A stretch of 64,000 nt of DNA from Prochlorococcus sp. AG-679-M23 (GTDB lineage: Bacteria > Cyanobacteriota > Cyanobacteriia > PCC-6307 > Cyanobiaceae). Below the pieces are notes generated by a model, which ran no database searches, had not been told where the DNA came from, and worked only from the letters and a program-made list of their open reading frames with translations. Shown here piece after piece: positions 10,967 through 22,013 of this stretch. The stretch is taken from assembly GCA_003208875.1 (NCBI GenBank), contig QCUR01000003.1:32001-96000 (forward strand), read 5' to 3'. Positions within the stretch are counted from its first letter, which is position 1. Each line of letters starts with the position of its first letter. A program made the position numbers and the translations under genes.

Positions 10967-11000
10967 AATTGTGAATGAGAAATGAAAAAAATGCCAGAAA

Positions 11001-11120
11001 ATGATTGAACCTCTTTTATGTGGAATAGTTTTAGGATTAATTCCTATAACCCTTCTAGGATTATTTGTTAGCGCGTGGAATCAATATAGAAGAGGCTCAG
11101 GAATGTTAGATATGGATTAA
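11001..11120 (+). CDS. petG: cytochrome b6f subunit V (PetG)
   Basis: Below the ORF-track cutoff. Manual translation: [39 protein letters not shown]. Confidence 0.95.
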   Translation: MIEPLLCGIVLGLIPITLLGLFVSAWNQYRRGSGMLDMD

Positions 11121-11693
11121 AAAAGTCAATTTTGATTGACCATAAGTCCTAACATCAAAAATCTTCCAGAGAATATTCGCCTTAATATCCACATCTAATG
11201 AATGTTCGCAAATAACAATAGTGTCTTTCTTTATAAAATTACAATTAAAAATTTGATTTAAAACTAATTCATGGTAATTAGATCTATATGGGGGATCTAA
11301 ATAGATAAAGTCAAATTTTATTTTATTAAAATTATTTGAAGAAGAGATATTCCTCTCAGTATTTGGCTTAGTCCAAATTAATACATCTTTGCAAATAACT
11401 TCAATATCATTTTTTCGATTATCTATATTTTGCAATGAGTAAAGATTTTTTAAACATATTTTTGAATTGTTTTTATTTTTTTCAATTGCAACTATTTTTT
11501 TTGCTCCATGATTATAGGCTTCACAGGACACAGCACCTGTTCCACTAAATAAATCTAACCAATTAGAATTTTCGACAGTATTTTTCAAAATATTAAAAAT
11601 TGCTTCTCTAACCATTAAGGTTGTTGGCCTAGTATCAATATTTCTAGGGCTTTCAAGCTTTCGTCCTCCAATTAACCTCAAATTTGTTTTCAT
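11106..11693 (-). CDS. rsmD: 16S rRNA m2G966 methyltransferase RsmD
   Basis: [21 protein letters not shown] and YLDPPY motifs. Confidence 0.9.
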   Translation of the reverse strand: MKTNLRLIGGRKLESPRNIDTRPTTLMVREAIFNILKNTVENSNWLDLFSGTGAVSCEAYNHGAKKIVAIEKNKNNSKICLKNLYSLQNIDNRKNDIEVICKDVLIWTKPNTERNISSSNNFNKIKFDFIYLDPPYRSNYHELVLNQIFNCNFIKKDTIVICEHSLDVDIKANILWKIFDVRTYGQSKLTFLIHI

Positions 11694-11708
11694 ATATCAC
11701 AAATCAAA

Positions 11709-12326
11709 TTATTGAATACTTTTAACCCATCGACGTAAAAGTTTTTCACCAGTTTTCCCAGATTTTTCAGGATGAAATTGACAAGCCAGTAAATTATCTC
11801 GTTCTATCATTGCTGTTAATTTTTCAGAACCATAACTAACATTTGCAGTTACTAAATTAGTATTTGAGGGTACTGCATGATAAGAATGAACAAAATATAC
11901 CCAATTATTTAATTCATCCTCTTCTAATAAGCTATTAGTACTCGTTGGTATAAGTTCGCACCATCCAACATGAGGAGTTCTTTGATCGGATAATTCAGGG
12001 ATTTTTTTTATATGACCTTTTACTATTCCAAGTCCATTAGTTGAGCCTTCATCACTTGATTCAAAAAGCAGTTGCAATCCAAGACATATACCTAAAAATG
12101 ATTTCCCACTTTTAATCCAAATTTTAATATCACTTATTAAATCTTTATTTATAAGATTGTTAATTGCAGGGTCAAACGAACCAACTCCAGGAAGTATTAC
12201 AGCTTTACAGTCTTTTGTTTGATCTTTATTTTTAATTAAAATTATCTCTTGATCAAGACTTTCTAAGGCTTTTGTTACAGAATGAATATTACCCATCCCA
12301 TAATCTATGAGTCCTATTTTTGACAA
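11709..12326 (-). CDS. hisH: imidazole glycerol phosphate synthase, glutamine amidotransferase subunit
   Basis: DYGMGN, LPGVG, GICLGLQ, YFVHSY and QFHPEKS motifs. Confidence 0.96.
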   Translation of the reverse strand: MSKIGLIDYGMGNIHSVTKALESLDQEIILIKNKDQTKDCKAVILPGVGSFDPAINNLINKDLISDIKIWIKSGKSFLGICLGLQLLFESSDEGSTNGLGIVKGHIKKIPELSDQRTPHVGWCELIPTSTNSLLEEDELNNWVYFVHSYHAVPSNTNLVTANVSYGSEKLTAMIERDNLLACQFHPEKSGKTGEKLLRRWVKSIQ

Positions 12327-12335
12327 TACCTTATT

Positions 12336-12659
12336 TTATAAGTGTTTAGATAAGGTACTTGAAAGAGTCGCTTTTGGTACTGCTCCAACAACAGTGTCAA
12401 CTTTTTGACCACCTTTGAAGATCATTAAGGTCGGGATACTTCTGATTCCATATTGACTTGCAACATTTGGATTCTCATCTGTATTTAATTTAAATACTTT
12501 GATTTTACCTTCAAAGTCTTTCGATATCTCCTCTACAACTGGAGCGACCATCCTGCAAGGTCCGCACCATGGAGCCCAAAAATCAACTAAGACTGGCAGG
12601 TCACTTTGCAAAACTTCTTTGTCGAATGAAGAATCAGTTACGGCGGCGGCTGATGACAT
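12336..12659 (-). CDS. trxA: thioredoxin (m-type)
   Basis: WAPWCGPC active site. Confidence 0.97.
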   Translation of the reverse strand: MSSAAAVTDSSFDKEVLQSDLPVLVDFWAPWCGPCRMVAPVVEEISKDFEGKIKVFKLNTDENPNVASQYGIRSIPTLMIFKGGQKVDTVVGAVPKATLSSTLSKHL

Positions 12660-12752
12660 AATTTAGATATTCCTTTAAGAAAATTTAGCAAGCTATTCTT
12701 TTAAGTGATGATTTCATTACAGATAAAAACATATAAGTAACAAAACAGACTT

Positions 12753-12774
12753 AAAAAAGCCCGATAAATCGGGC
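12753..12774 (-). terminator. intrinsic terminator of Yfr1
   Basis: GCCCGA-TTTA-TCGGGC hairpin followed by U6 on the minus strand. Confidence 0.85.
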
Positions 12775-12809
12775 GATTTGGTGTGTGAGGAGTATGGGGT
12801 TTCCCCCAT
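12753..12809 (-). ncRNA. yfr1: Yfr1 small RNA
   Basis: Minus strand reads AUGGGGGAAACCCCAU-ACUCCUCACAC-ACCAAAUC-GCCCGAUUUAUCGGGC-UUUUUU: two hairpins around the conserved ACUCCUCACAC undecamer, at the known guaB-trxA position. Confidence 0.95.
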
Positions 12810-12815
12810 ATCTTA

Positions 12816-12821
12816 ATCATA
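12816..12821 (-). promoter_or_regulatory. putative -10 element of yfr1
   Basis: TATGAT on the minus strand, 6 nt before the inferred +1 A at 12809. Confidence 0.65.
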
Positions 12822-12866
12822 ACTCTTAAAGAGAAAATTTTTCCATATAAAGAGATTAGATTTTTG

Positions 12867-14030
12867 TTATTTACCCATTCCAAGTCGTTGGGCTTTTTGA
12901 TAAACTTTCCCCTCTGTCAAGAGAGATGGTGCAATAACAATTTCTACTTTTTGCATTTCTTTGATATTTTTAGCTCCAAGAGTACTCATGGATGTCCTTA
13001 TAGCTCCTATTAAATTATGTGTCCCGTCATCAAGTAATGCCGGTCCTTTTATGATTCTTTCTAAAGAACCTGTAGAGCCTACCTCAATTCTTGTACCTCT
13101 TGGTAGAATTGGACTAGGAGTAGCCATTCCCCAATGAAATCCATTACCTGGAGCACTTGATGATTTAGCTATGGGGGAACCAATCATTACAGCATCAGCA
13201 CCACAAGCAAGGCATTTACAAATATCTCCACCAGTAATAATTCCTCCATCAGCAATTATGGGAACATAACGTCCAGTATCTTCAAAATAATCATCTCTTG
13301 CTGAACTGCAGTCAGATATTGCTGTTGCCTGAGGGATTCCGATGCCTAAAACCCCTCTAGAAGTACATGCAGCTCCAGGGCCAATTCCCACCATAAGAGC
13401 TGCTACGCCTGCTTTCATAAGTAGATCTGCGACTTGATAAGTTACACAGTTTCCTGCAACAACAGGAATTTTTAAAGATTTACAAAGACTTTTAATATTT
13501 AACGTCTCTTTTCCATCCATACCTAAATGCTCGGTTGATACTACTGTTCCCTGTAGAAAAAATAAATCTATTTTTGATTTGACAAGTGTTTCTTTAAATT
13601 TAATAGCAGCTTGAGGAGTTCCACTTAAAGCGGCTATCCCTCCTTTTTCTTTAATTTCATTAATTCTTTGAATTATCAGGTCTTCTTTTATAGGTTCACT
13701 GTATATTTTTTGCATTAAAGGAACGAATTCACTTTTCCCAACAGATGATATTTGACTCAATATTTCTTTTGGATTTTCATATCTAGTTTGAATACCTTCC
13801 ATATTAAGAACACCAAGAGCACCTAACTCTGAGAGTTCAACAGCTGTATCTACATCAACCACACTATCCATTGCACTCGCAATAATTGGAATTTCTCTTT
13901 TAACATTTCCAATTGACCAAGAAGGATCAGTTAAATCATAATCTAGAGTTCGAGTCCCGGGAACTAATGCTATTTCATCAATACCATAAGCTCTTCTAAC
14001 TTTTTTGTTTAAACCAATTTCAATATTCAC
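12867..14030 (-). CDS. guaB: IMP dehydrogenase family protein (GuaB3 type, no CBS domains)
   Basis: ASAMDSV, catalytic GIGPGAACTSR and IIADGG motifs. Start placed at GTG 14030; the track gives 14099. Confidence 0.9.
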   Translation of the reverse strand: MNIEIGLNKKVRRAYGIDEIALVPGTRTLDYDLTDPSWSIGNVKREIPIIASAMDSVVDVDTAVELSELGALGVLNMEGIQTRYENPKEILSQISSVGKSEFVPLMQKIYSEPIKEDLIIQRINEIKEKGGIAALSGTPQAAIKFKETLVKSKIDLFFLQGTVVSTEHLGMDGKETLNIKSLCKSLKIPVVAGNCVTYQVADLLMKAGVAALMVGIGPGAACTSRGVLGIGIPQATAISDCSSARDDYFEDTGRYVPIIADGGIITGGDICKCLACGADAVMIGSPIAKSSSAPGNGFHWGMATPSPILPRGTRIEVGSTGSLERIIKGPALLDDGTHNLIGAIRTSMSTLGAKNIKEMQKVEIVIAPSLLTEGKVYQKAQRLGMGK

Positions 14031-14209
14031 GATTTTTTTATTTATTCTGATTAAATTAACAACTAAAGGTGTAATAAGCCAATGATTATTGAAAAACAAA
14101 AGAGTTTTTTTATTATTTGTGTATAAATGTGAGTGTTTGAAAATTAATTATTAGCTTTTTTTTATTCATTCTGACAATCAGGGATTATTATTAAGTAAAG
14201 GTCTTTTAT

Positions 14210-16816
14210 ATGTCTGATATTGTTGATTCTGAGAATTCTGGTTTGAGTGAAAATAACGATCGAATCATTCAGACTGATTTAAGAAATGAGATGTCGCGCT
14301 CTTATCTAGAGTATGCGATGAGTGTTATCGTCGGACGTGCACTCCCTGATGCGAGAGATGGATTAAAGCCTGTTCATAGAAGGATCTTATATGCGATGTA
14401 TGAGCTTGGTTTAACAAGCGGTAGGCCATATAGAAAATGCGCGAGGGTAGTTGGAGAGGTTTTAGGAAAGTACCATCCTCATGGAGATACTGCTGTTTAC
14501 GATGCATTAGTACGCATGGCACAGGATTTCTCTATGAGAATGCCATTAATTGATGGACATGGGAACTTCGGGTCCGTAGATAATGACCCCCCTGCCGCGA
14601 TGAGATATACAGAATCACGTCTTCAATCCCTAACAGATGAAAGTTTGCTCGAGGATATTGAATCTGAGACTGTGGATTTTTCCGATAATTTTGATGGCTC
14701 ACAACAAGAACCAAATGTTTTACCAGCTAGGATCCCCCAACTCCTATTAAATGGATCATCAGGCATTGCTGTTGGAATGGCAACTAATATACCTCCGCAT
14801 AATTTAGGAGAATTAATCGATGGTCTTAAAGCTATAATCAAAAATCCCTCAACAGAAGATAAAGAACTTTTTGAATTAATTAAAGGACCAGATTTTCCAA
14901 CTGGGGGACAGATATTAGGAAGAGATGGTATAAGAGAGACCTTCAAATCTGGGAAAGGGTCAATAACGATGAGAGGTGTTGCAGATATTGAACAAATCAA
15001 ATCTCCTGGAAGAGCAGAAAAAGATGCCGTAATAATTACTGAGCTTCCATTTCAAACTAATAAAGCAGCTCTTATAGAAAGAATCGCAGATCTAGTAAAT
15101 GAGAAAAGATTAGATGGAATATCAGATATTAGAGATGAAAGTGATAGAGATGGGATGAGAATTGTAATTGAGCTTAAAAGAGATGCCTATCCTCAAGTTG
15201 TTCTAAATAATTTATTTAAAATAACACCTCTACAAAATAACTTTAGTGCAAATATTTTAGCTCTTGTCAAAGGAGAACCTACAACCCTTTCTCTCAGAAA
15301 AATGCTAGATGTATTTTTAGAATTTAGAATTGAAACAATAAAAAGAAGAACAAGTTTCTTATTGAAAAAAGCAGAGGAAAGAGATCACATTATCAAAGGT
15401 CTTCTTTTAGCCCTTAACGCTATGGATAATATTATAAATTTAATAAGATCTGCAAAAGATACGAATTCAGCGAGAGAACAACTGCAAAATAATCATGAAT
15501 TATCTGTAATTCAAGCAGATGCAATTTTACAAATGCAATTAAGAAGATTAACAGCTTTAGAGGCCGATAAAATTAAAGCAGAGCATGATGAGCTTACAAG
15601 GAAAATTACAGATTATAAAAATATATTGAATGATAAGGAGAGAATAAATGAAATTATTCTTGAAGAGCTTAGTAAAATAAATGAAAGGTTTTCATCACCC
15701 AGAAAAACAGAGATTCTCAATTTAGGCGGGGGACTTGATGATATTGACTTAATAGCTAACGAAAGATCCGTTGTTTTATTAACGACAGCAGGATACTTAA
15801 AAAGAATGCCTGTAAATGAATTCGAATCTACAAGCAGGGGGTCTAGAGGTAAAGCTGGAACAAAGAATCAACAAGATGATGAAGTAAAACTATTCATAAG
15901 CTGCAATGATCATGATACTCTTTTACTTTTCAGTAATAGAGGGGTAGCTTATGCACTCCCAGCTTATCGAGTACCTATGAGCAGTAGAACAGCTAAAGGG
16001 ACTCCCTCTGTTCAACTACTCCCAATACCAAGAGAAGAACAAATTACTTCTCTTGTTTCAGTAGATTCCTTCGATAACGAGTGTTATTTATTAATGCTCA
16101 CCAAAGCTGGATTTATAAAAAGGACTCCATTATCCGCTTTTTCAAAAGTAAGATCAAATGGTCTAATAGCTATTAACCTAGAAGAAGGAGATGCTTTAAC
16201 CTGGGTTAGATTATCAACAGAGGGAGATAGTGTCTTAATTGGGTCGAGCAGAGGAATGACTATTCATTTTAGGTTAGATATTAATGAATTAAGGCCTCTT
16301 GGAAGAACTGCTAGAGGTGTTAAATCAATGAACTTAAAAGAAGGAGATGAACTTGTATCAATGGATGTTCTTAGTTGTGTCATGGTTGATCAATTAGCAA
16401 ATCTTGAAGAGGAAGATATTGAAAATGAGAATGAGGAAGATCTTGAAAGTAAGTCTTTAAAAGGACCTTGGGTTCTAGTAGCCAGTGCTTTTGGTCTTGG
16501 AAAAAGAGTTCCAGTTACAAAATTTAGATTACAAAAACGTGCGGGTATGGGACTAAGAGCAATTAAATTCAGAATCAAAGATGATTCACTCGTCGGCCTT
16601 AAGGTTCTTGGAGAAGGTGAAGAATTACTTTTGGTTACAGAAAGAGGCGTAATTGTAAGAACTAATGCCGATAAAATCTCTCAACAATCCAGAGCTGCTA
16701 CAGGTGTAAAGTTACAACGACTAGATGATGGAGATCATTTATCAGAGGTTGTGTTGGTTCCTCATGAACAAATTGAAGAAGAAGATCAATTAATTTCGAA
16801 TGAAGAAGAAACTTAA
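14210..16816 (+). CDS. gyrA: DNA gyrase subunit A
   Basis: [23 protein letters not shown] and AAMRYTE motifs; C-terminal beta-pinwheel repeats. Confidence 0.96.
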   Translation: MSDIVDSENSGLSENNDRIIQTDLRNEMSRSYLEYAMSVIVGRALPDARDGLKPVHRRILYAMYELGLTSGRPYRKCARVVGEVLGKYHPHGDTAVYDALVRMAQDFSMRMPLIDGHGNFGSVDNDPPAAMRYTESRLQSLTDESLLEDIESETVDFSDNFDGSQQEPNVLPARIPQLLLNGSSGIAVGMATNIPPHNLGELIDGLKAIIKNPSTEDKELFELIKGPDFPTGGQILGRDGIRETFKSGKGSITMRGVADIEQIKSPGRAEKDAVIITELPFQTNKAALIERIADLVNEKRLDGISDIRDESDRDGMRIVIELKRDAYPQVVLNNLFKITPLQNNFSANILALVKGEPTTLSLRKMLDVFLEFRIETIKRRTSFLLKKAEERDHIIKGLLLALNAMDNIINLIRSAKDTNSAREQLQNNHELSVIQADAILQMQLRRLTALEADKIKAEHDELTRKITDYKNILNDKERINEIILEELSKINERFSSPRKTEILNLGGGLDDIDLIANERSVVLLTTAGYLKRMPVNEFESTSRGSRGKAGTKNQQDDEVKLFISCNDHDTLLLFSNRGVAYALPAYRVPMSSRTAKGTPSVQLLPIPREEQITSLVSVDSFDNECYLLMLTKAGFIKRTPLSAFSKVRSNGLIAINLEEGDALTWVRLSTEGDSVLIGSSRGMTIHFRLDINELRPLGRTARGVKSMNLKEGDELVSMDVLSCVMVDQLANLEEEDIENENEEDLESKSLKGPWVLVASAFGLGKRVPVTKFRLQKRAGMGLRAIKFRIKDDSLVGLKVLGEGEELLLVTERGVIVRTNADKISQQSRAATGVKLQRLDDGDHLSEVVLVPHEQIEEEDQLISNEEET

Positions 16817-16840
16817 CAACCTTTAGATTAGAAAGTTCTT

Positions 16841-18052
16841 ATGGAAATTCTTGATATTTTGATATTAGGTTCTGGTCCTGCAGCATTATGTTTAGCTTCA
16901 GAATTAGCCAAACAAAATCTTAATATTAAGGGGATATCAACAAAATCTCCTTATGAAAAATGGGAAAACACATATGGGATTTGGGCTTCTGAGTTAGAAG
17001 AATTTGGTTTAGCGTCTTTGTTATCTCATAGATGGTCAAAAACTATAAGCTATTTTGGAGATGGAATAAAGGACAAAGGTAATAGTCCCACAAAACATTA
17101 TTATGATTATGGTTTAATTAATCAGGAAGCTTTTCAAAATGAACTTTTGAAGACCTGTAAAGGTATTCAGTGGTTAAATGAAACTGCAAAATTAATTAAA
17201 TCAGAAAACAAGATTTCTGAAGTGATATGTTCATCAGGGTTAAAACTAAAGGCAAGATTAGTAATTGATGCAAGCGGACATAAGAGTAAATTTATAAAAA
17301 GACCATTTTTAAAAGAAGTCGCACAGCAAGCTGCTTATGGAATCGTCGGTAAATTTTCTACTCCTCCTGTAGAAAAAGATCAATTTGTTTTAATGGATTT
17401 TCGTTCTGACCATTTAAAGGATGAAGAGTTGTTAGAATCTCCGTCTTTTCTTTACGCAATGGATTTAGGGAGTGAAACTTATTTTGTTGAAGAGACATCA
17501 CTAGCTAGTTATCCATCTTTTTCACAAGATCATCTAAAAAAAAGACTTTTAAGTAGATTAAAAAACAAAGGTATAAAAGTAGTGGAAATTTTTCATGAGG
17601 AGAATTGCTTATTCCCTATGAATTTACCACTACCATATAAGAACCAATCAGTTCTTGGTTTTGGAGGGGCCGCAAGTATGGTTCATCCCGCATCTGGATA
17701 TATGATTGGATCTCTAATAAGAAGAGCTCCACTTCTCGCTAAAAAATTAGCAATCTTTTTGAAAGAACCAAACTTTAGTTCACTAGAATTAGCCACTAAA
17801 GGATGGTCAGTCTTGTGGCCATATGAATTAATTCAAAGACATAGGCTCTATCAATACGGACTCAGAAGATTAATGAGCTTTGATGAAAGTAGATTAAGAT
17901 GTTTCTTTTCTAATTTTTTCAAATTGTCAACGGAAGAATGGGTAGGTTTTCTAACCAATACTCTTCCATTACCTAAATTGATTTATGTAATGAGTAAAAT
18001 GTTTATAAATTCACCTTTAAAAGTTAAGCTTGGGATGTTAAAGATAAAATGA
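16841..18052 (+). CDS. crtL: CrtL-type lycopene cyclase (probably beta-cyclase)
   Basis: GSGPA FAD motif; NTYGIW, FLYAM, FVEETSL and VHPASGY motifs. Confidence 0.88.
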   Translation: MEILDILILGSGPAALCLASELAKQNLNIKGISTKSPYEKWENTYGIWASELEEFGLASLLSHRWSKTISYFGDGIKDKGNSPTKHYYDYGLINQEAFQNELLKTCKGIQWLNETAKLIKSENKISEVICSSGLKLKARLVIDASGHKSKFIKRPFLKEVAQQAAYGIVGKFSTPPVEKDQFVLMDFRSDHLKDEELLESPSFLYAMDLGSETYFVEETSLASYPSFSQDHLKKRLLSRLKNKGIKVVEIFHEENCLFPMNLPLPYKNQSVLGFGGAASMVHPASGYMIGSLIRRAPLLAKKLAIFLKEPNFSSLELATKGWSVLWPYELIQRHRLYQYGLRRLMSFDESRLRCFFSNFFKLSTEEWVGFLTNTLPLPKLIYVMSKMFINSPLKVKLGMLKIK

Positions 18053-18057
18053 GATTC

Positions 18058-19641
18058 TTATAATTGCCAGTCTTGAATTCTTATATTAGGGAATATTTTA
18101 TCTTCCTCTTCAATATTTTTGAGAAATTTATAATCAATAAATGATTTTTTTTCTAACATCTCAATTAATTTCCAGAATCTAAAAAGATGTCTATCAATCC
18201 TTTCTTTAGCGAGTTCAGTTGTAGTTCCCGCCTTTAAAATGAAGCTCCAATCAGAGGATTCAGAAAGAAGTAACTCTCTTGCTGCTTGCTTTAACAATCT
18301 TATAGAGAAATCATCATTAAAGTTCATACTGGATAATTCAACAAAAACAGCACCCGCTTTTGTGATTTCTGGAACTATCCATGCGTTTTTTTCATTAAGC
18401 CAGTAATTATGAAATCCGCCCTGACCCCAGCTTGAAGGAGATGGATCACAAATTTGAAGGTTAGGATTTTGAAGAAGAATTTCCCTTAGGTTTGTAAGTT
18501 TAATGAAATATTTTGTAGATTTTTTAAGTATATTTTCAATAAATCTTGGTCCTTCATACCACCAATGTCCAAATAGTTCAGCATCAAATGGAGCAATTAA
18601 CAAAGGTTCGAATGATGCGGATAAAGAAAGTTTCTTTAATTGTTTAGATCTTGATAAAAGATAATTGTCAGCGTGTTCTTCAACTTTTTTTATAGCTTCA
18701 TCTTCTACATAAAATTCTTTTTTGCCTAATGAACAATTATTGTTTGTAATTCTATGAAATTTCAATCCTAAAGGCCTGCTTGTTGGAATTCCTTTTTTTT
18801 GTAGTTCTGTGGGAGACAATTCCCACCCTAAGTCTTTATGAAATTCTCTATAAACTGGATTCCCTGGGTATCCTTCTCTTGAGGACCAAACTGGCAATGT
18901 TGATTCACTATCTCTCCCAAAAAAAGCTACCCCTTTTTTTGAACAAATAGGTGCATATACTCCATACCTTGGCCTTGGTGATCCATTTAAAATCCCATGA
19001 CCGTCTAGAACTGCATATCTAATTCCGCAATTAAGCAATATTTCATCAAGATTTTCATAATAAGCGCACTCAGGTAACCAAATCCCTAATGGTCTTGTTC
19101 CAAAAATAACTTCATGACTTCTTATTGCAGTATTTATTTGACCTAACACTGTTTCAGGGTTTTCTCTAAGGATTGGTAAATATCCATGTGTTGCCGCACA
19201 AGTAAGAATATCTAAATTTCCACTCAAATTTAAATTTTTAAATCTCTCAATTAAATCTCCAGAATATTTTTCCCAATATAAATAATTATTTTTTATATTT
19301 CTCAGAAGAAATTCAGATGCAGTTTGTTCTTTTTTAGGTAAATCATTCAAAAATTCTATTCTTGTTTTTATCCAAGATGAGTATTTCTTTTGAATTTGTT
19401 TATTTTGAAGAAGTGACAATAATGTTGGAGATAAACTGAGGGTTAATTTTGTATTGCTTGTATCTTGCTTTTTGCTTGATTCCATTACTTGAAGTAATGG
19501 AATATAACATTCGAGGATTGCTTGGAATAACCAATCCTCTTCTAAAGAATTTTTTTCATTTTTTCTAACAAATGGGAGATGAGCATGTAGAACTATTGCC
19601 AATCTGCCTAAGTAATTTTTATTAGGGAGAGGCCCATTCAT
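18058..19641 (-). CDS. glycoside hydrolase family 57 (branching-enzyme type)
   Basis: HAHLP, THGYLP, WLPECAY, FDAELFGHWWYEG and SSDW motifs. Confidence 0.92.
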   Translation of the reverse strand: MNGPLPNKNYLGRLAIVLHAHLPFVRKNEKNSLEEDWLFQAILECYIPLLQVMESSKKQDTSNTKLTLSLSPTLLSLLQNKQIQKKYSSWIKTRIEFLNDLPKKEQTASEFLLRNIKNNYLYWEKYSGDLIERFKNLNLSGNLDILTCAATHGYLPILRENPETVLGQINTAIRSHEVIFGTRPLGIWLPECAYYENLDEILLNCGIRYAVLDGHGILNGSPRPRYGVYAPICSKKGVAFFGRDSESTLPVWSSREGYPGNPVYREFHKDLGWELSPTELQKKGIPTSRPLGLKFHRITNNNCSLGKKEFYVEDEAIKKVEEHADNYLLSRSKQLKKLSLSASFEPLLIAPFDAELFGHWWYEGPRFIENILKKSTKYFIKLTNLREILLQNPNLQICDPSPSSWGQGGFHNYWLNEKNAWIVPEITKAGAVFVELSSMNFNDDFSIRLLKQAARELLLSESSDWSFILKAGTTTELAKERIDRHLFRFWKLIEMLEKKSFIDYKFLKNIEEEDKIFPNIRIQDWQL

Positions 19642-19877
19642 AGTTTTTTTTAAGATTATGATTGAAGTTCGTTATAAAATGTAAAATTTACTTTTAGGCA
19701 AATATTCAATTGTTTAATTTTTTAAAATACTACTTTATTAATCAAATATAAAAACTTTTTATTTATAATACTTTAACCAAAAATAATAAGGTTTTAATTC
19801 CTATAGAAGGGTTTATTTATCCGTATCTAGTAATTTTTTTTTAATTAGCTTACTATAGAATTAGTCGTAATAAATTA

Positions 19878-21518
19878 ATGTCCAAAGATCCTGGCAGAAT
19901 ATTGATCTTTGATACAACACTGAGAGATGGTGAGCAATCCCCTGGTGCAAGTTTAAATCTTGAGGAAAAGCTTGCAATTGCCCATCAACTTGCGAGATTA
20001 GGGGTAGATGTTATTGAAGCAGGATTTCCATTTGCTAGTCCTGGAGATTTTAAGGCAGTAAATAAAATTGCTGAAGTAGTTGGTGGAGAAAATGGTCCAA
20101 TAATTTGTGGTTTAGCTAGGGCTTCTACAAATGATATAAAAGCTTGTTATGAAGCTATAAGCCCAGCCCCTAAAAAAAGAATTCATACATTTATAGCCAC
20201 TAGTGATATCCACCTAAAACATAAACTCAGAAAAACAAGATCAGATGTTCTTTGTATAGTGCCTGAAATGGTTAGTTATGCTAAATCATTAGTTGATGAT
20301 ATTGAATTCTCTTGTGAAGATGCCTCAAGGAGTGATCCTGAATTTCTTTATGAAGTAATTCAACTAGCGATTGCATCAGGAGCTACAACTATAAATATTC
20401 CAGATACAGTGGGTTTCACAACTCCAAGTGAATTTGGGAAGCTTATTTTTGATATTAATAAAAATGTTCCAAATATTGATGAAGCTATTATTTCTGTTCA
20501 TGGTCATAATGATTTAGGATTGGCAGTTGCTAATTTTCTAGAAGCAGCAAAAAACGGAGCGAGGCAATTAGAGTGCACAATAAATGGGATAGGTGAAAGA
20601 GCAGGGAATGCCTCCCTAGAAGAATTAGTAATGGCATTACACGTGAGGAAAAGTTTTTTTAATAGTTTCTTTGGAAGAAGTTCAGATTCACCGACTCCAT
20701 TAACAGCCATAAGAACAGAAGAAATCACAAAAACTTCGAGATTAGTATCTAACTTAACTGGAATGAATGTTCAGCCTAATAAGGCAATTGTTGGGGCAAA
20801 TGCTTTTGCTCATGAGTCGGGAATCCATCAGGATGGTGTACTAAAAAATAGACTCACATATGAAATTATTGATGCAAAAACTGTTGGTTTGAATGATAAT
20901 AAAATTTCATTAGGAAAACTTAGTGGAAGAAGTGCCGTAAGAGCAAGATTGGAAGAGATGGGATACGATTTAAGTAGAGAAGACCTGAATGATGCTTTTG
21001 CTCGTTTCAAAGATCTCGCTGATAGAAAACGAGAAATTACTGATAGAGATTTAGAAGCTATTGTTAGTGAACAGGTTCAACTTCCGGAATCTAAATTTCA
21101 ACTAAGTCATGTTCAAGTTAGTTGCGGCAGTACATCCAAGCCTACCGCGACAGTAACTCTCATAAATACAGAAGATCATACTGAAGATACTGCTGTCGCA
21201 ATAGGCACTGGACCTGTAGATGCGGTTTGCGAAGCACTAAATGCATTAACTAAAGTTCCCAATGAATTAATAGAGTTTTCAGTAAAATCTGTAACGGAAG
21301 GAATAGATGCATTAGGGGAAGTTACTATAAGAATTCGGAACAAGAATAAAATATATTCAGGACATTCTGCTGATACAGACGTAGTTGTTGCTGCTGCGAA
21401 TGCTTTTGTAAATGCTTTAAACAGGCTTGTATTTTCAGAGAAGAAAAACTCTATTCACCCTCAATTTGATAATTTAGAAAATCCTAAAAATAAGATATTT
21501 TCAAATCCTAAAAAATAA
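19878..21518 (+). CDS. leuA: 2-isopropylmalate synthase
   Basis: [23 protein letters not shown] and [10 protein letters not shown] motifs; regulatory domain GPVDA. Confidence 0.97.
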   Translation: MSKDPGRILIFDTTLRDGEQSPGASLNLEEKLAIAHQLARLGVDVIEAGFPFASPGDFKAVNKIAEVVGGENGPIICGLARASTNDIKACYEAISPAPKKRIHTFIATSDIHLKHKLRKTRSDVLCIVPEMVSYAKSLVDDIEFSCEDASRSDPEFLYEVIQLAIASGATTINIPDTVGFTTPSEFGKLIFDINKNVPNIDEAIISVHGHNDLGLAVANFLEAAKNGARQLECTINGIGERAGNASLEELVMALHVRKSFFNSFFGRSSDSPTPLTAIRTEEITKTSRLVSNLTGMNVQPNKAIVGANAFAHESGIHQDGVLKNRLTYEIIDAKTVGLNDNKISLGKLSGRSAVRARLEEMGYDLSREDLNDAFARFKDLADRKREITDRDLEAIVSEQVQLPESKFQLSHVQVSCGSTSKPTATVTLINTEDHTEDTAVAIGTGPVDAVCEALNALTKVPNELIEFSVKSVTEGIDALGEVTIRIRNKNKIYSGHSADTDVVVAAANAFVNALNRLVFSEKKNSIHPQFDNLENPKNKIFSNPKK

Positions 21519-21609
21519 TTTAGTTTTGGGATTATTAAGTTTAGCCAAAAACTAGTAGCCTAATAATGTAGATTAAAGCTTTAATTTTATATTTAATCAA
21601 CTAAAGTTA

Positions 21610-22002
21610 ATGAGAGATAGGGTATTAGGTTATTGGACTCTTGCATGGGTTGGTTTAATAGGTAATATCATTGCTTTACCCATAATCGCCTTAATAGTAA
21701 GTTATGGGCCTCCATTAAAAGTGGCTAATATTACTCTAGCTGTAAGTATTGGTTGGCCTGCTGCAATAGTTGGAATAGTATCTGCTTCTGCTCTTTTAGC
21801 GGAGAAGAAATGGGGTATTACCTTAACTCTAGTATCTCTCTCAATGTTAATTTCTGGAACAGCTCCATATTCTATTTTTCGATTAGTCGCCCTTAAAGAT
21901 ATTTTTGGAATTGGAGGTATTACACTTTTGTCCGCTTTATTTGGAATTTTAGCTTTAATATATTGGTGTAATCCGAGACATCGAAGAAATATTAGATTAT
22001 AA
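21610..22002 (+). CDS. hypothetical membrane protein (about 4 TM helices)
   Basis: 130-aa ORF with four hydrophobic segments and a basic C-terminus. Confidence 0.75.
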   Translation: MRDRVLGYWTLAWVGLIGNIIALPIIALIVSYGPPLKVANITLAVSIGWPAAIVGIVSASALLAEKKWGITLTLVSLSMLISGTAPYSIFRLVALKDIFGIGGITLLSALFGILALIYWCNPRHRRNIRL

Positions 22003-22013
22003 AAAATATTAAG

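Noticed and set aside
12701..12883. 60-aa ORF spanning the guaB-trxA gap
   Set aside because: It overlaps the guaB stop and runs through Yfr1 and its terminator. The sRNA explains the sequence.
16405..16450. Acidic insertion [15 protein letters not shown] in the GyrA C-terminal domain, considered as an intein or insertion element
   Set aside because: It is short and in frame with no intein splice motifs, consistent with a variable surface loop.
19642..19877. Leucine attenuator upstream of leuA
   Set aside because: The only short ORF I noticed (MIEVRYKM) has no Leu codons, and no terminator/antiterminator pair is visible.
21479..21533. AAATCCTAAAAA direct repeat at the leuA 3' end and a weak hairpin across the stop codon
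   Set aside because: It is low-complexity and A/T-rich with no clear U-tract, so it does not support a repeat element or terminator call.
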